Origin: Spironucleus salmonicida | Taxonomy: Eukaryota | Assembly (NCBI RefSeq): GCF_000497125.1 | Contig: NC_090601.1 | Location: 1,550,001 to 1,614,000 of the forward strand | DNA: 64,000 nucleotides | Direction: 5' to 3' | Shown here: positions 12,018-26,092 of the stretch, in pieces | Numbering within the stretch: the first letter of the stretch is position 1 | Layout: each line of letters begins with the position of its first letter | Notes under the pieces: model-generated | Told to the model about the DNA's origin: nothing | What the model saw: the letters and a program-made list of their open reading frames with translations, nothing else | Database searches by the model: none | Translations under genes and position numbers: made by a program

Positions 12018-13388
12018 TCAGACAAAAACATCTGGCATTTATGACATAACTATAACTATACTTAGAAGCATAGCGAGTACCACAAAAGTCAAATACGAAA
12101 TTAAAGGTTCAATATTCTCAACCTTACTTGATTTCCCTATCATGAGCTCCTCAATTTCTTTGTTTGTCTTTCCAGTCGTATCAGGAAGAACAAAAATTAA
12201 CATTCCTGAAAAAATAGACATAGCAATAATGTATGATAAAAATGGAATATATCTTGCATAAGCCGTTAGTATTGGGAAAAGTACTATTACAAAAATATTT
12301 GGAATATAGTTAAATAAGAAGAAAATTGATACTAAAGTGCTTTTTGCAATATCTGGGAATAATTCAGCTGAGAATACATAATATATGGGGCCTGGACCTA
12401 TTTCGAATCCAAAAATGAATATAATTGCCCCGGTTATAAGCAAAAAAGTATTTTCTTTTGGTAATGTATATGTTAATAACAGTAATAATTACCCTACAAT
12501 ACATAATCCTGTGCCGGTAAATAATAAAGCTTTCCTACCATATTTTTCAATTAAAACCAATCCAAATAAGGGAGAGACAAAATTAATACTGTTTATAACT
12601 AAACTACCATAGACAGCAGCAAGTTTATAGTCTCCAAATATAACATTAAATGTTTCTGAAGCATAACCTATAACTGCATTGATTCCTGTTGATTGCTACA
12701 AGGTTCCTAATAATAAACATGGGACTAATACTTTAATATACTTTTTGTTAAATATCTGGTAATATTTAATTTCTTTTTCTTTCTTTTCAAATTCTGGGAT
12801 TTTAAATAGAATGATTAATCCTATTATGGGCCAAGGTAAAGTAGTGATAAAGCTGATATACCAAATATTCACATTAACAACTTTAATAATATAGAATACG
12901 ATAGTAGCTACTAATATACCTACAGTAAACATGACTTAAAAGAAATATGTCATGAATCCTCGTTTATGAGGATCTGTATATTCACCAAGGATGATAAGTG
13001 TAGCAATCATGAACATAGTCATGAAAAATCCTTATAAAATTCTTCCAATAAGCATTAAATACTCACTTACTGGAATGCATTACAGAATAACAGTAATAAT
13101 TGACCCAGAAGAACCAATAATTGCAGTTTTCTTAAAACCTATTGATTTAGAGATAAATGAAAATACCAATGATATAGAAATTGAACCTATTAATACAGCA
13201 GAATTAAGCATAGTTTCAAGTGGAACAAGCTTAGCCTATGCTTAAGTATAAGTGATATTATGAATTTGCATGTACATTTATACAACTACATCTCCTGAAA
13301 AATTACCAGTCGTGAATCCTGGAAGAAGTGACGCCGCTGCAGTAAGTAGCAATAAGAGAGTAAATTTTGGTTTTTAGTGAGTTGTCAT
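12018..13388 (-). CDS. MFS sugar (hexose) transporter
   Basis: Multiple TM segments; 'QQSTGINAV', 'EKYGRKALL', 'GFEIGPGPIYYVFSAELFP', 'LPDTTGKT'. Confidence 0.9.
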
Positions 13389-13692
13389 TTTAACTTAAAC
13401 TAATCTTTAAATTTATAATAGTTATATACTAATTATTAATTTAATTTTTTTTACGAAATTATATTTATCTCAAATTAATTGATGATTTATTTATTCTGAA
13501 AAAAAATATTTTTCTGATCACAGCAACTAATGTCAAAAATGCATTCTACTGTTTAATTTTTGTAAATATTGTATTACTAAAAACGAGTATAATATAATTA
13601 TTATACAGAAACTATTAATCATCTAAAAAGTTGACTGCTAACCAATTATTACATTATTATATAGTTAATATCAAGTAATACTAACCACGTTA

Positions 13693-14439
13693 ATGTCCCT
13701 TTTACCATAGTATAAAATTACGAATCACCGTGCTGATGCTCCAGAAACCACTGAGTGGGAAGATATATTTCATAAGAAATTTGAAGGAACACATGCAAAT
13801 GAGGTCCACTAAAAGCTAGTGGAGGCTGAGTACGCTGAGCAAGTCAGCAAAATTAGGACTGATCGATTAGAGCAGAATATCGCTCATGATTTATCCTCAA
13901 ATTCGTCCTCTTTCTCAGATTTCTTAGATGAGGAGGACAAGGTTTTTTTCGAGTAGGAGCGCTAAAAGCGTAAAGATATCATCACTTAGTTGCGTTCGTA
14001 AAAGCGGTTTGGGCAAATAAAAAGAATATCTAGATAAGATTATGTATCTGAGGTTGAAGAGAATGTTAATATTCTGGTTTATATTGATTCGGAGCATTTG
14101 AGGGAATGCAAGCTCATTAACGCTTTGCTAAATGAGGTAGCCTAGAGATTTATTCACTTAAAGATCCTGGTTATTGATTTTTAATAAGCATCTTCAGGAA
14201 TGCCAGAGGCTGCAGTTCCCATGCTTGTTTACTACAAATAAGGAGCTGAAAAACCAGAGAAAATAGCAGTTTAAAGCGGTTTGGCATAGATTGGGGGCTG
14301 GAATCTAAAAGTTGAGGATATTATTGTTATATTAAGTAAAAAGGGCATGATAGAAGCCTAATTTGACGATTAGGAAAATGCACCTACCATTGAAAAAATT
14401 ATGATGAGGGGTATTAAAGGTGAAAAAGATTGGAAATGA
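13693..14439 (+). CDS. Phosducin-like protein (PhLP2/Plp2 type)
   Basis: 'ETTEWEDIF', 'FGQIKRISRQDYVSEV', thioredoxin-like 'ECKLINALLNEVAQRF...PMLVYY'. Confidence 0.85.
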
Positions 14440-14657
14440 TTGAAAGATTACATTTAATATTCCTTGTTATTGGTATGAAGTTACAGAATACTGTAATTAT
14501 CGACAGTAAAACTCCAAATTTAAATACTATTTAATTATATACTAAATATTACAGTCGTATTTTCCTCATTATTGTTATATAATTATCTAAATTAAATATT
14601 CTACTTGACTAAAAAATCATATAATAAATATGCGTATATATTACTAAAAAGTAGAGA

Positions 14658-15152
14658 ATGAACTGTTTTAATTTGATTAGCAAAACTTCAACTACTAATA
14701 TGGGTACATCAATCGAAGGCTAGTAATAAGCCATTAAAAGCTTTTAAAAGATTTATATTTAATCAATTTTACCTTCACTTAGTAGCACCAAAAATATTAT
14801 GATAAAACCAAAACATGATTCTTCACTAGGGCGTTACTCAAGTGCCAGTAATAGTTCTTTTACAAGAGTTGCATCGAGAGCTAATTTTAATTAGGTATTT
14901 GACGAGGTAAGTCAAATATCCTCTGATAGCGATTCTATGTTAGAAAATATATTTATAGAAGAGATTAAGGTGAAAACTAGCCTTTTAAAATAGTATGATG
15001 CATAGCTTGATAAATTTGAAGAAAAAATTAAGCTAATCTCACGAAAAATTGTTAAGATAAACAATATGGCAATTCAAAGGTATGAATAACATTAAGTTAG
15101 TCGTAATACTGAAAAAGAGACTAAGCTTAAAAAAGATCTGGCCCTAAAGTGA
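14658..15152 (+). CDS. Hypothetical protein
   Basis: MNCFNLIS... code-6 ORF ending at AGTGA. Confidence 0.7.
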
Positions 15153-15215
15153 TTTGGCATTTATATTTATTTAATAATAATTTATTATATTTATATTAAA
15201 CATAGTAAATACTAA

Positions 15216-16244
15216 ATGCAGATACCAGCTGACTTACGATTTTTTGATGTTAATGGTCAGTCATTTTTAAGTTCATTATCATGTATTAATATTACAATAA
15301 ATTAATCATAAATAGAAGGAATTTGTCATTTTTTAAACCAAATTTCTGATTAAAATATTTATACTTCATTAGAGTCTTTAAGTTACATAAATTTAGATAT
15401 TTTTTAACATTAAAATATTTTTATAGTTGATATTACATAATTGCACACTGGTAGAGTATTAATTTCTGATGAATTAAGAATAGCGTAGTTAAATAACTTC
15501 TATATTAAAGTACCTTCTATTTATCAGCCTATATATGATTCTATAATCGCTTATCTTATGTACAAAGAAACAAAATATGAAGTAGATGATGATCTAATTA
15601 GTAATATCCCTAATTAAGTATTAAAATTATTAGAGTTAAATATAGCTATAAGTTATCCTATATTTGAGGATTTATTAGATGATATTAATATAGCAGTTCC
15701 ACCTTCAGCAGCAAAAATAATAACAAGAGGATAAATATTTCATTATATTCGGTCAGGTAAAGTAAGTTTAGTGGAATTTATTAGATTTTGCATTCGGTAA
15801 TCATTTACTTTTAGTGAGGTAGGAGAGAAAATTAATTCTATAAAATTAAAAGATGAACTAGTGGACTAAATATTAGAAAATTGGATTGGGAATATGTATA
15901 TTGTTAATGATATTGACGAGTTAAAGAGTAAGAAGTAAGTTATTGTAAAGCTTACATCTGATATTACAAAAAATATGATAAATTAACCTTGTAGAACTGA
16001 TTAGTGCAATCATTTATAAATTTTTGAGTATAAAGATTACCTTAGAAAACATTAATGTCCTATTTGTAATAAATAAGGAAATATTTATATCGATAAGTAC
16101 TTCATGAATTTAATTGATGTATTACGAGATGAGTATAAGCATGTAAATATTATGAGTGTTAAGATAGATCCATTAACATTTTGTTGTGTGGATGTGATAG
16201 CGATAAAAATAAAAAGGTAACAAGTTATTGACTTAGAGTAATGA
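15216..16244 (+). CDS. SP-RING (MIZ/Siz-PIAS type) zinc finger protein, putative SUMO E3 ligase
   Basis: 'KLTSDITKNMINQPCRTDQCNHF...CPICNK...YIDKYF'; C-terminal SIM-like 'VIDL'. Confidence 0.7.
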
Positions 16245-16306
16245 GTAATTAATATTATTATATATTGATATACAATAATGCATTCCAATTCCATCAAATC
16301 GTCATA

Positions 16307-17332
16307 ATGTCACTTGCCATCACAATCATAGCTTCTCCTAAAATCCCTACTACAATTTAATAGTCTATTTCATCTCCTAATATTTATTAGGTTCTTTCTT
16401 GCGATTCATTTCCAGCTGCTTCAGTTTCAGCATTGATGAATCAAGTAGACGACTCTCAAAGACTACTACAATCTGCATAATAATAGTTAGCGCGTATCGA
16501 AAGACTTACTCAAGAGCATTTACCTGCTCGTTTGCATAAAGTTGATGATAAATTTTGGAAAGACTACGTTTAAACTTTTATTTCTTAAAAATTCATACCT
16601 CCTACTATTTAATCTTTAAAGCGTAGATTTGACTCTGGAGTTGAGCAATTTAACCGAATTTTAGCTGAGTTCACGGAGGCTGATTCTGCTTTAAATACAG
16701 CTTAAAAAGCAACTCAGGGCGCAGTACACTAGAGATCTGTTGCTTCTTTACTAGGAAACCTACTGGTATCATCTGAATATTTAGAGTCAGCAGTAGTATG
16801 TGTTCCTTTAGCATAGAAAGGTGAATTTGAGAAGCTTATTCCATCTCTTCCAGGATTAGTGCCTAATTCTAACACAATAGCCTAGTCGGATGTCGGCCAT
16901 GCAGCATATGCATTAGTTGTTTTTAAACCAGAATTATTATAGCTTAAAGATGCTTTAGCTAAATAGAAATATCAATTAAGAGAATATTAGGATATCGAAG
17001 ACGGTGATACTGAAATCCTCAAGGGAGCTAGAAAATCAGCATTGCAACGCTTTACTACATTTTTAGCATCTACACAGGGAGAATATTTATCATTAACTCT
17101 CTCTACCTATATCATGCGTGGTGCTCTAGAATCTCAGTTGAGATTTGGTAAAGATGGTAAAATCGTTATTATCATTGACCATAATTCTCAGAAGCAGGTT
17201 AGAAATGCAATCAAAACCAGCTTTTAAAATGCAGCAGACGAAGATGCTGATATGTATGATGAAATTGAGACAGATAACGCCTTCTTGCCATACGTTTTGG
17301 TCACTGGAAACATCCAAGAAATTGATAAGTGA
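16307..17332 (+). CDS. VMA5: V-type ATPase subunit C
   Basis: 'SSEYLESAVVCVP', 'LVPNS', 'LREY', 'ESQLRFG' (ESVLRYG). Confidence 0.8.
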
Positions 17333-17349
17333 TATTATATTTGAACCTC

Positions 17350-18255
17350 TCACACATGAATCTATACATCCCCGACTTCAAAACTTACGTACCCTTCGAT
17401 AATCTTGCATCCAAGTTTCTGAACAAAGTTTTAGCATTACAAGCTGGTCATTTTACCCATTCTCTCTAATACCTCAATTCCTATGTTAAACTTGAAAACA
17501 TGCAAAGCTAATAATATAATATATTATTATACAATATTTAAGTTAAAATTACCTAATTTTCTACGGATTTAAACATCAATGTTATGCTGCAAATTACCTT
17601 TAGAAGTAGAAATCGAGTGAATCAAACTGGCCAGTACTAAGCTTTCCTACGACTCTTCCATACCATAATCCCTCAAAATTGCCTCTAATTCTTCAGTAAT
17701 CTAAATGTTAATATAATTGGGTTTTTAAAGGTCTTTAGACGCAAATTCAGCGATTCTGTAAGTGTTAAAATTTGTATACTCTTTTGAGAGAGTTGATGCA
17801 TTCACTTGAGCAAAAAGCTGATTTTCGATGGCTAAGAGCCCCTTTAGAGGGAAGACTTCGCTTTATTTTGTCGCATCCAAATTGAAAGGGAAAAAATTAT
17901 TTTCGAGAGGCGAGCGGTTGTTAGCTATTTTTGTGGGGTCCTAGACGTATAGGGCCTTGGAGCGGATCATGCGCTTCTTTATGGTGTTTGATGCGAACTA
18001 GGCGGCTAGTGCTCGCTTAGTTACAGTTTATACCGAGAGATCATTTTGTTCTGGAGTAGGTAGCATGACCAACTGGGTTGTTGGAATTATTTAATTCGCT
18101 TCGAAGTCGATTATAAAAGTTTGCGTATTATCTGTTTTCACTGCTATAAAATGATTATCTGGAGTAATAAAAAAGTCATCTTATGGTTTAAGCTCTATTT
18201 TATTCGAAACATGCTGCTGGTTGATTGAATACATATGATTATTCGCGAAGTTCAT
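17350..18255 (-). CDS. RNA polymerase I subunit A49/PAF53-like
   Basis: 'LAAQFASNTIKKRMI', 'FPFNLDATKQSEVFPLKGLL'; ORF intact in code 6. Confidence 0.55.
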
Positions 18256-18302
18256 AACTGAAATGGAGAAAGGAAAGTGTAATTATAGTATATGTAATGA
18301 TT

Positions 18303-19292
18303 TCACTTTTAATAATTTTGAAGTTCAAATTGTAATTCTAATATTTGACTTTCGTACTTAAAACATCTATCTTCAAATTGTTTCTTCTGTTGAAGGTTAG
18401 CTTGTTTCAATTATTTAACGTCTAAATGAAACTGAGTTTCCAATTTTTACTATTTGTCAATTTAAGAAGTTGATAATCTATCTGTAGCACTGCTCGACCT
18501 GTTGAGACTTTTTCTTTAATAGTTTTTGTACTCTTCTTCCATATTAATATATTAGGCTTTAACGTCCCCTACTTCTTTTTTTAAGTTGTAAATTTCTATT
18601 TTAAGTTTTTTATTTTCATTAGTAACTTTTTCAAGTTTACCCTAATTTGAAATTGCATCTTATTTCTTGTTTTCATAAAAATCTTTAATTCGATTGCGCT
18701 CTCCGCTAACTATTTCTAATTATTACTACAAAGTTTGAATTTAAAGTTTATATCTAGAATTTTCAGCTTCATATTACTCTTATAATACATTATCTCTTTG
18801 AATTTTATTGTTATCAAAGGAATCTTTATTGTTCTTAATTTTTTTCTATAACAATTCTATACAATCTTGGCTTTATTTTTGCACATTTACAACCTTTTTA
18901 TATTCATCTTCTAGCTTCTTAAGCTTATTCTCGATTCTTGCTCTACCAATTTATTCTTATTTCAGCTTTTTTCTATGCCAGTCTATTTCTTCAAGCTACT
19001 CTTTAAATTGAGCATTTTCAATTTTTAATGCCTCTAATTCACCAATTAATGACTAATTTTAATTTTATAGTATCAAAATTTCGCGTTAGGTTTCATCAAT
19101 ATGTGTGCTTTCTAAAATATCAGGATATGCGGACTTTTCTGCCAAAATTCCCGGTGTCGGAGGTACTGGAAGTTGTGGCTTAATTGGTTTGGTAGGTCTT
19201 TTAATATTTATCTGTGAGGATAACTGTTATGGAACAGCATCTTTTTCAAACTATGCTATCATTGCTTTCAATTGGTCCTCAGTAAAATTCAT
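18303..19292 (-). CDS. Coiled-coil protein with Pro-rich N-terminus
   Basis: MNFTEDQLK...PVPPTP; E/K/Q heptads; ends at AGTGA. Confidence 0.75.
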
Positions 19293-19351
19293 TTAGATAT
19301 TAGTTATTAATCAATTTATTATATTATTTATAAATATTATATAAATTTATA

Positions 19352-19942
19352 ATGGAATTCCTTATTTAAGATCTAAAAGATTAGAGATAATAGATAGATG
19401 TTGCATTATTTAATTTTAACAAATAAGAGGTAGAACTACTGCGGAATTTGATACATTATTAATTAAGTTATTATTTAACGACAATAGAAAAATTTATTAT
19501 TCATCATAATTAGATAACTTAAATTCAAGTTACGTATGCAAAGAAGTCTACCACTTTGTTTTTAACGAGATTATATGAGAAAATTTTGAAAAAATCCAAA
19601 AATTGTATAAATACTATTATTCAAATGATATATTCATTGAACTTAAAATATAAAAATACATCATCTAATGTGGATCTAATTTTATATGATTCTACATATT
19701 CATGCGTTAGTATGTGTAGAATCATTTGTTTTATGAACGACCACTTTTTATTATCTCCAATTAGTATTGTTTTAGGATATCACAATAAAATATTTCATTG
19801 CTGGTTATAAAAAGATAGTCAACATTTTGATGCTGTCAGATGTGTATAAGATGGATAATTAGTTTATATAAAAGATATGTGTAGGTAGAATTATGAGATA
19901 AGCTAGTAAATATAAGACATAAAGTAAGAAAATAATATATGA
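19352..19942 (+). CDS. Hypothetical protein with transglutaminase-like Cys-His-Asp pattern
   Basis: 'SCVSMCRII...ISIVLGYHNKIFHCWLQKDSQHFD'. Confidence 0.5.
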
Positions 19943-20159
19943 TTCAATTATATTTAATTAAAATTAAGAATAATTAATTATTATTACGCAGATATAAGTA
20001 AACTTTAAAACATCAAAAACTAAAAACTAGGCTATAAATATATTGTTATTTAATTTCATCGATCTTTTAATCGTATATTATTTTAAATAAATATTTTTCA
20101 TTATATAAGTGTATTTCTACAATTGTTGTTCCTACAAAATGAGGAGTAATAGAAACTCC

Positions 20160-20633
20160 ATGATTAATTTTCAGGCAAAGAACTCTGCCAAAAGTAATGA
20201 ACGAGCAGTAATAGATAATACTATGTTTGTGATGCCTTCATTCAATTAGAAAGATAAAGACGATGATAATACCGTTAGCCCCAGTTCATCTATTGTTATC
20301 AACTAAAATGCCTCCCCTATACCACTATTTAGATCACCCTCATTCAAATAGGATATGAAACCAGTAAAATAGTAATAGCCAACTCCAGTTTTAGGCTTCA
20401 AAAGTTAAGATGAAGAACTTATCAGTCAGATGAAACTTTAAAGAAGATTGTCTTTGGTTGATGTTAAAAGTACTGTTATTATTAAAGATTGGTAAAAGGG
20501 CAATGAATATATTCCTAGATGTGTTCTTGACTAAAATTTAGATGCAGATCTCAAGATTATAGAAAGTGAGAAACCTAGTAAAAGACATAAGGCTGACTTC
20601 TGGAAATCTTGCAATGGGTTATTTGATGACTGA
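20160..20633 (+). CDS. Hypothetical protein
   Basis: MINFQAKN...GLFDD* code-6 ORF, preceded by ACTCC. Confidence 0.75.
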
Positions 20634-20761
20634 CTATTTAAATAAAGTGATTGGGTGTTAGTTTTAAGCAATAATATATATATTTATTCCTAATACAAAC
20701 TTTGGTTTTAGTTATCTTAAATATATAAATTGATTGACATTATATTATATTTATTTTCAAA

Positions 20762-21250
20762 ATGTAAAGTAGATCTAGTATACCGGAGACTTCGTAAGTT
20801 ATAACAGAAATTTACGATGATATTTATACAACTGCCAAACTCTAGATAAATCCAAAATTATACCGTTCATAGACTAAGTATCAGTATAAAAGTGACGTTT
20901 CTGCACTTTAAAAGAACTAGTTTGATGAACTATTCAATTCAAACATTACCAATAGTTCTTAATTAAAATAAGAAGAGAAGTTTTTTGACTCCCAAAGATT
21001 GCAGCTGGCATCTTTCAAATCAAAACCAGTTAATATAAATTCATAAAAATAGAAGTCGAGGACATAGTAAGTTTTAGATTTAACAATTATTCCATCTTCT
21101 TGTGTATTTATGTCAAGAAATCGAAGATATTGGGTTGATAGCTCTTAAATAAATTAAGAGAATTAAGCAAAGACTTAAATTTTTAGAAAGCAATCTGCTA
21201 TGATTTTTGGTGATATGCATAAGAGCTTAAATGATTAAGATTATATATGA
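20762..21250 (+). CDS. Hypothetical protein
   Basis: MQSRSSIP... code-6 ORF. Confidence 0.65.
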
Positions 21251-21344
21251 AAAATAGTTTATTTTGAAAATAACGTGAGATTTATCTTCAATAAACGTGA
21301 TTTCGTATATATTTTATTATACTAATTAAATAATGTTTTAAAAA

Positions 21345-22517
21345 ATGGAAATTCCACACGCCTCAAGATCCCCATTATTTAATACCTAATAACCAATCTA
21401 ACTTAATCATTATTAGAAATCTTAATCATTGTTTTTAAATCATCTCTTTCTTGAAACTATCAATGTGGATTAGTAAAAAATTGTTGATGCCTTCATATAA
21501 CTTTAGTAGTTTATTCCAATTTTAAAGACAAAAATTGATAAAAATGATACTATTACATTCATATCAAATCCATATCCTATGACTAAAACTCCTCATCTTT
21601 CAACGGCCGAAGATAGTATGAATTTTGTAAATGAGAAATCTTTTAAAGAAATTTAGACTAAAAATCTTTAAGGATATTTTTCATAAGGCAAAACCTCTTA
21701 TTTTCATATATTGGTTAACTAAGCTATATGTGATTCCGAAGGATGTTTCATTATAGCTAAAGAATTTTTAAAATTACTAAATGGAGAAAATATTGAGTTT
21801 CATGAACCAGTATCTTTGCCTGAGTTAATTAATTTTGATATAGGAGAATAGATAGACTTCCCATATACATTCAATGTGGTTAAGTATTTATTTAAACATC
21901 AACCTAGTAATAAGAATTAACTAGAATTTTTTATTGCTGAATTTTCAAAGGAAGAAACCGTATTATTAGAAAAGTTTTGCGATGAAAATAATACTTAATT
22001 GCATATTTTTTGTTAGCTGTCCAGTATTATGTGCAAATTATTTCTGGATAAAACTACACATTGGAAATATGGATTATGTTTCTAAGAAAATATAAATGCA
22101 ATTTAAAGGATCTCTGCAATAAGTGAGAACATTATCATGCAGATTGAGAGAAGCGATCTAGAAGGAGATTTTATTAAAGTTGCATAAGAGGTTTCCGAAT
22201 AATATTTATCATTGAAAAAAGATAATTTTGATAAACATATTAATATATAAAGAAACATAGTTTATTCAGGTGCTAAATTAGAGCAAGATAGTTTCTGTAG
22301 CGATTTCACAAACTATTTTGGAGATATTGAATTAAACTGTCTGAATCATAAAATTGGTAAAGTTAATAAAGAAAAATATGTTAATATTGAAAGTCAACTT
22401 TTCTGTGCAAAGTCTTAGGGTTAACTTTATGGTGTTTTTTGCAACTCATAACAAATGACGGAAAGTTAATAAGTTTGTGATTCATGGAAGAGATTTATTC
22501 TACGAGTTATAATTTGA
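21345..22517 (+). CDS. CoA-dependent acyltransferase/condensation-fold-like protein (paralog of 35274-36413)
   Basis: 'TAEDSMNF...QGYFSQGKTSYFHILVNQAICD'; HxxxD position reads QxxxD. Confidence 0.5.
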
Positions 22518-22731
22518 TATGATGAGTTTTACAGTTCTTTGAATATTAACATTAATGTTTATATTTAAATTTAATAATTTATTATGTATCCAAAAAACAA
22601 TCTAAGTTTACCGGAAATCATAAAAAAGTTATATATATAAAAAGTTAAAATAATAATTAAAATAATATTAGGATATCTATACTTTAATATTATATAAGTT
22701 TAATAAAGATTTGCTAATTATTAAATCAAAT

Positions 22732-22738
22732 CCACTCC
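22732..22738 (+). promoter_or_regulatory. C-rich CCACTCC motif just upstream of the malic enzyme ATG
   Basis: Same motif at 9391 (RPS3), 37200 (OTU) and 55851-55857 on minus (RPL5); CACTCC at 26458 and 46844. Confidence 0.65.
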
Positions 22739-22746
22739 TTCATAGA

Positions 22747-24402
22747 ATGCCTCTTGAAAACCGCACTAATAATAAAGACACAGCATTTACTACAGAAGAA
22801 CGCAAGGCCAAAAAAATTGTAGCTCGTCTGCCGTATAAAGTAGAGACTATTGAACAGTAATCTGCTCGTGTTCACACCTAAATGAACCACTTAGAGACAC
22901 CCATTGAAAAATGGATGTATCTTACTCGCTTATAGGAGACAAATGAAACTTTGTACTGTTATTATTGCTTAAACCATCTTAAGGAGGTTCTTCCCGTTGT
23001 ATATACCCCCACTGTCGGTACCGCATGCAAAACATACTCAGACATCTGGTAGCAGTGCCCTCGTGGTCTTTATCTTAATAGGTCACACTAGGGTTAAGTC
23101 AAATCTATACTTAAGGATATGAACTACACCCCTCAGATTATCGTTGCTACTGATGGAACCCGTATTCTTGGCCTCGGTGATCTTGGCACTGGTGGCCACC
23201 AAATTTGCGTTGGAAAATTAGCCCTTTATACTCTTGGTGGTGGTTTTGCTCCTGAAAAGACCCTCCCCATCAGCTTTGATTTTGGCTGTAACGTTGATGA
23301 GATCAAAAACAGCGAACATTATCTCGGAATTCCGGAGCCACGAAACAAAGATGCTGTCTATTATGCAATTATCAAGGAAACTATTGATGCAGTTCACGAG
23401 TTATGGCCTGAATGTGTTTTCTAGTTCGAAGATTTCTCGAATGATACCGCTTTCGTTTTGTTGGAAGAGCACAGATCTCGCGCTAAACATCCAGTTTTCA
23501 ATGATGATATTTAAGGTACTGGTTGTATTGCTGCTGCCTCTTTAGCCTCTGCTTTGAAGGCTTGCTCTGTTAAAATGGGGAAGAAGGTTACTGCTCGTGA
23601 ATAGATCTACGTTTTATACGGTGCTGGTGCGGGTGGTATTGGTGTTGCAGATAACATCGCTATGTTGTCTGTTGCAGAAGGTGCTACTGTTGAATAAGCT
23701 AGAAAGTAATTCTACGTTGTTGATACCAAAGGTCTCATTACTAAGGATAGAGCTGATTTCAAGGATGGTTCCATGGCTTCTCACAAGCTTAACTATGCTC
23801 GCGACGATGTTAGCAATAGCGGTCATGTTACTCTTATGGACGTTATTAAGGCTTTCAAGCCTACTACTCTTCTTGGTCTTTCTACCATCCCTAAATCCTT
23901 TAACTAGGAAGTCATTGAGACCGTTTGCTCTTAAGTAGCTCAGCCCCCTATTGTTCTCGCCCTTTCTAACCCTACTGTTAAGTGTGAACTTACTAACTAG
24001 GAGTGTTATGATTTTTCTAAGGGCAAGGCTTTCTATGCCTCTGGATCCCCATTCCCACCTGTCAAAACTACGGATGGTAAGTTTATTGAAACTGCATAAT
24101 GCAATAACTTCTATTGCTTCCCTGGTATTGGTCTTGGTGCCCATCTCTGTGCTGCGTCAGAAATAACTGATCTTATGATAGTTTCTGTTTCCAATGCCAT
24201 TGCTGACTGCATGAGCGAGACTGAACTTGCTTCTGGATAATTATTACCTAAGATTGAAGAAATTCGTGAAGTTTCTGCAAAATGCGCTCTTGCCATCATC
24301 AGATAGGCTGAGAAAGAGGGTAAGGCCACTAAGAAATTGCCTACTTGTGATAATGAATTAATGAAGCTTATCAAAGAGTCTCAGTGGTAGCCACGTTACT
24401 GA
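22747..24402 (+). CDS. Malic enzyme (decarboxylating malate dehydrogenase)
   Basis: 'NKDTAFT', 'VYTPTVG', 'TDGTRILGLGDLG', 'QFEDF', 'FNDDIQGTG', 'GAGAGGIG', 'ALSNPT', 'FPGIGLG'. Confidence 0.97.
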
Positions 24403-24619
24403 TTTTTGCTCTTTTTATATTTTGTAAATTAATTTTTCTAATCCTCTACTAATAATCATATAATATTAGCCACTGCAACAGTTTCTTTAAGGATAAAAAT
24501 ATACTCGAAACTCACTAAATATATATATAATTACCTAATTTATACAAATTTTAAGTTTCCATTAAAAAAGTTTTATGATCTCAAAATATTTTACATCTGC
24601 TTATCATCATTCATTGAAC

Positions 24620-24850
24620 TCAGATAGTTGAAGCTGCAACCTTAAGCTTTTTAACCAGTATTTTCTAGATAAGCTTAGTACTTATATGGTCTTAATTTTC
24701 CATGATTCTATGCATATTTTTGATATCACAGTCATAAAATTTTTCTATCTTAGTGAGCTTAAACTGAAGACCTTATAAATACCCTGTAGTATGGTCTAGC
24801 TTATTTAATAGCTCCATTAAGGATAAGGTTTAAACTAACTTTACCGTCAT
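24620..24850 (-). CDS. Possible small hypothetical protein (76 aa)
   Basis: ATG-to-TGA code-6 ORF only; no motif. Confidence 0.3.
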
Positions 24851-24990
24851 TTTGAGAAACTGAGGAAAAAGTCAGTGCTATAAAAATATACAACTAGAAT
24901 GATATATTTTTGAATAGAATCTTAAATATTTTTATATATATTTTAATATAATATTATATATAATATTTTTCAAGTAAAATTTAAATTTTA

Positions 24991-25260
24991 ATGACTTAGT
25001 CTTTAAAAATCACAGATCTTTCGCTTTCACCTGAGACTAGCACAGACAGTACAAAATAATTAAGACCAATCAAATTACTGTATCAGTAAAAACTTAAATC
25101 TCGTTAGTAAAGTTTTGATGGAGAGTAAGATATAATTACCCCAATTTAGTCTGGAATTGAAATACCGGCCGGCTTACCAAAAGATAGCTTAAAGTCTTTC
25201 CGTAAGTACACGAAAGTGGTAGTTGAGTAGGATGAAAACGAGTTAACCTTTGCAGAGTGA
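24991..25260 (+). CDS. Hypothetical protein (89 aa)
   Basis: MTQSLKIT...LTFAE*, ends at AGTGA. Confidence 0.65.
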
Positions 25261-25717
25261 GTTTTATCCATTTGCGATAAGTTATTTTTATCATATGTTT
25301 TAACTATGCATTGTGAATTAATAATTACGTGTTGAGTACAATTTATATCAGTGACCACAACTAATTGTACTAATTTATCTGCTACTGCTTTTTTGTGGGT
25401 TATTTACAATTCTAAAATACTAAACCAGTTATAATTAGCATAATCGGAACAATATATTATTTCTTTACCTAATTTTCAGAGATTTTGTTACATGTAAGTA
25501 TATAATCCATTAATATGATAGAGTATAATATTTATAAAGAACACAAGCGTCTATTGACATTTAAATGTTTTTTCAATATATTATCGATAATAATTTTATT
25601 AATTTTAAACAATAAACATGTTTATTATAGATAGTTTAAGTCTTTATGTTCTTAACGATTAATTTAGTGTACTAAATATAAATAAACTATTATATGATAT
25701 ACTGCGATAAATTTAAA

Positions 25718-26092
25718 ATGAAAGAAAAGACATAGTTTATTCCTGATTACTCAAATTATCACGAACTCTCTCAAGATGATCAAAGAATGTGGCGCTTTAC
25801 TAATTTGTATAAAATGACTTAAGATCAGATTATTGATTTTTACGAGGCATGCATTCTACCTTTAGAAAGCGACGAGAAATTAAAGTAGGCGATATTCGAA
25901 GAATTGAGAGCCGATATGCCAAAGGCACTATTAATGAGAGAAGAATTACAGTAAGAGCTAGATGATATGAAATAGCGAAAATTATAGTTTGAAAATGCAA
26001 AAAAGGACGCTGAAACTGATGATGTAAAGAGTATATGTTATACTGACATTATGTAAGAGGAAGAGTAACAATAGATGGAATTAAATGAGTGA
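25718..26092 (+). CDS. Hypothetical protein, paralog of 29081-29320
   Basis: 'YKMTQDQIIDFYEACILPLE'; ends at AGTGA. Confidence 0.75.

Noticed and set aside
25335-25371. 9-bp inverted repeat AGTACAATT/AATTGTACT
   Set aside because: Expected by chance in AT-rich DNA; no other support.
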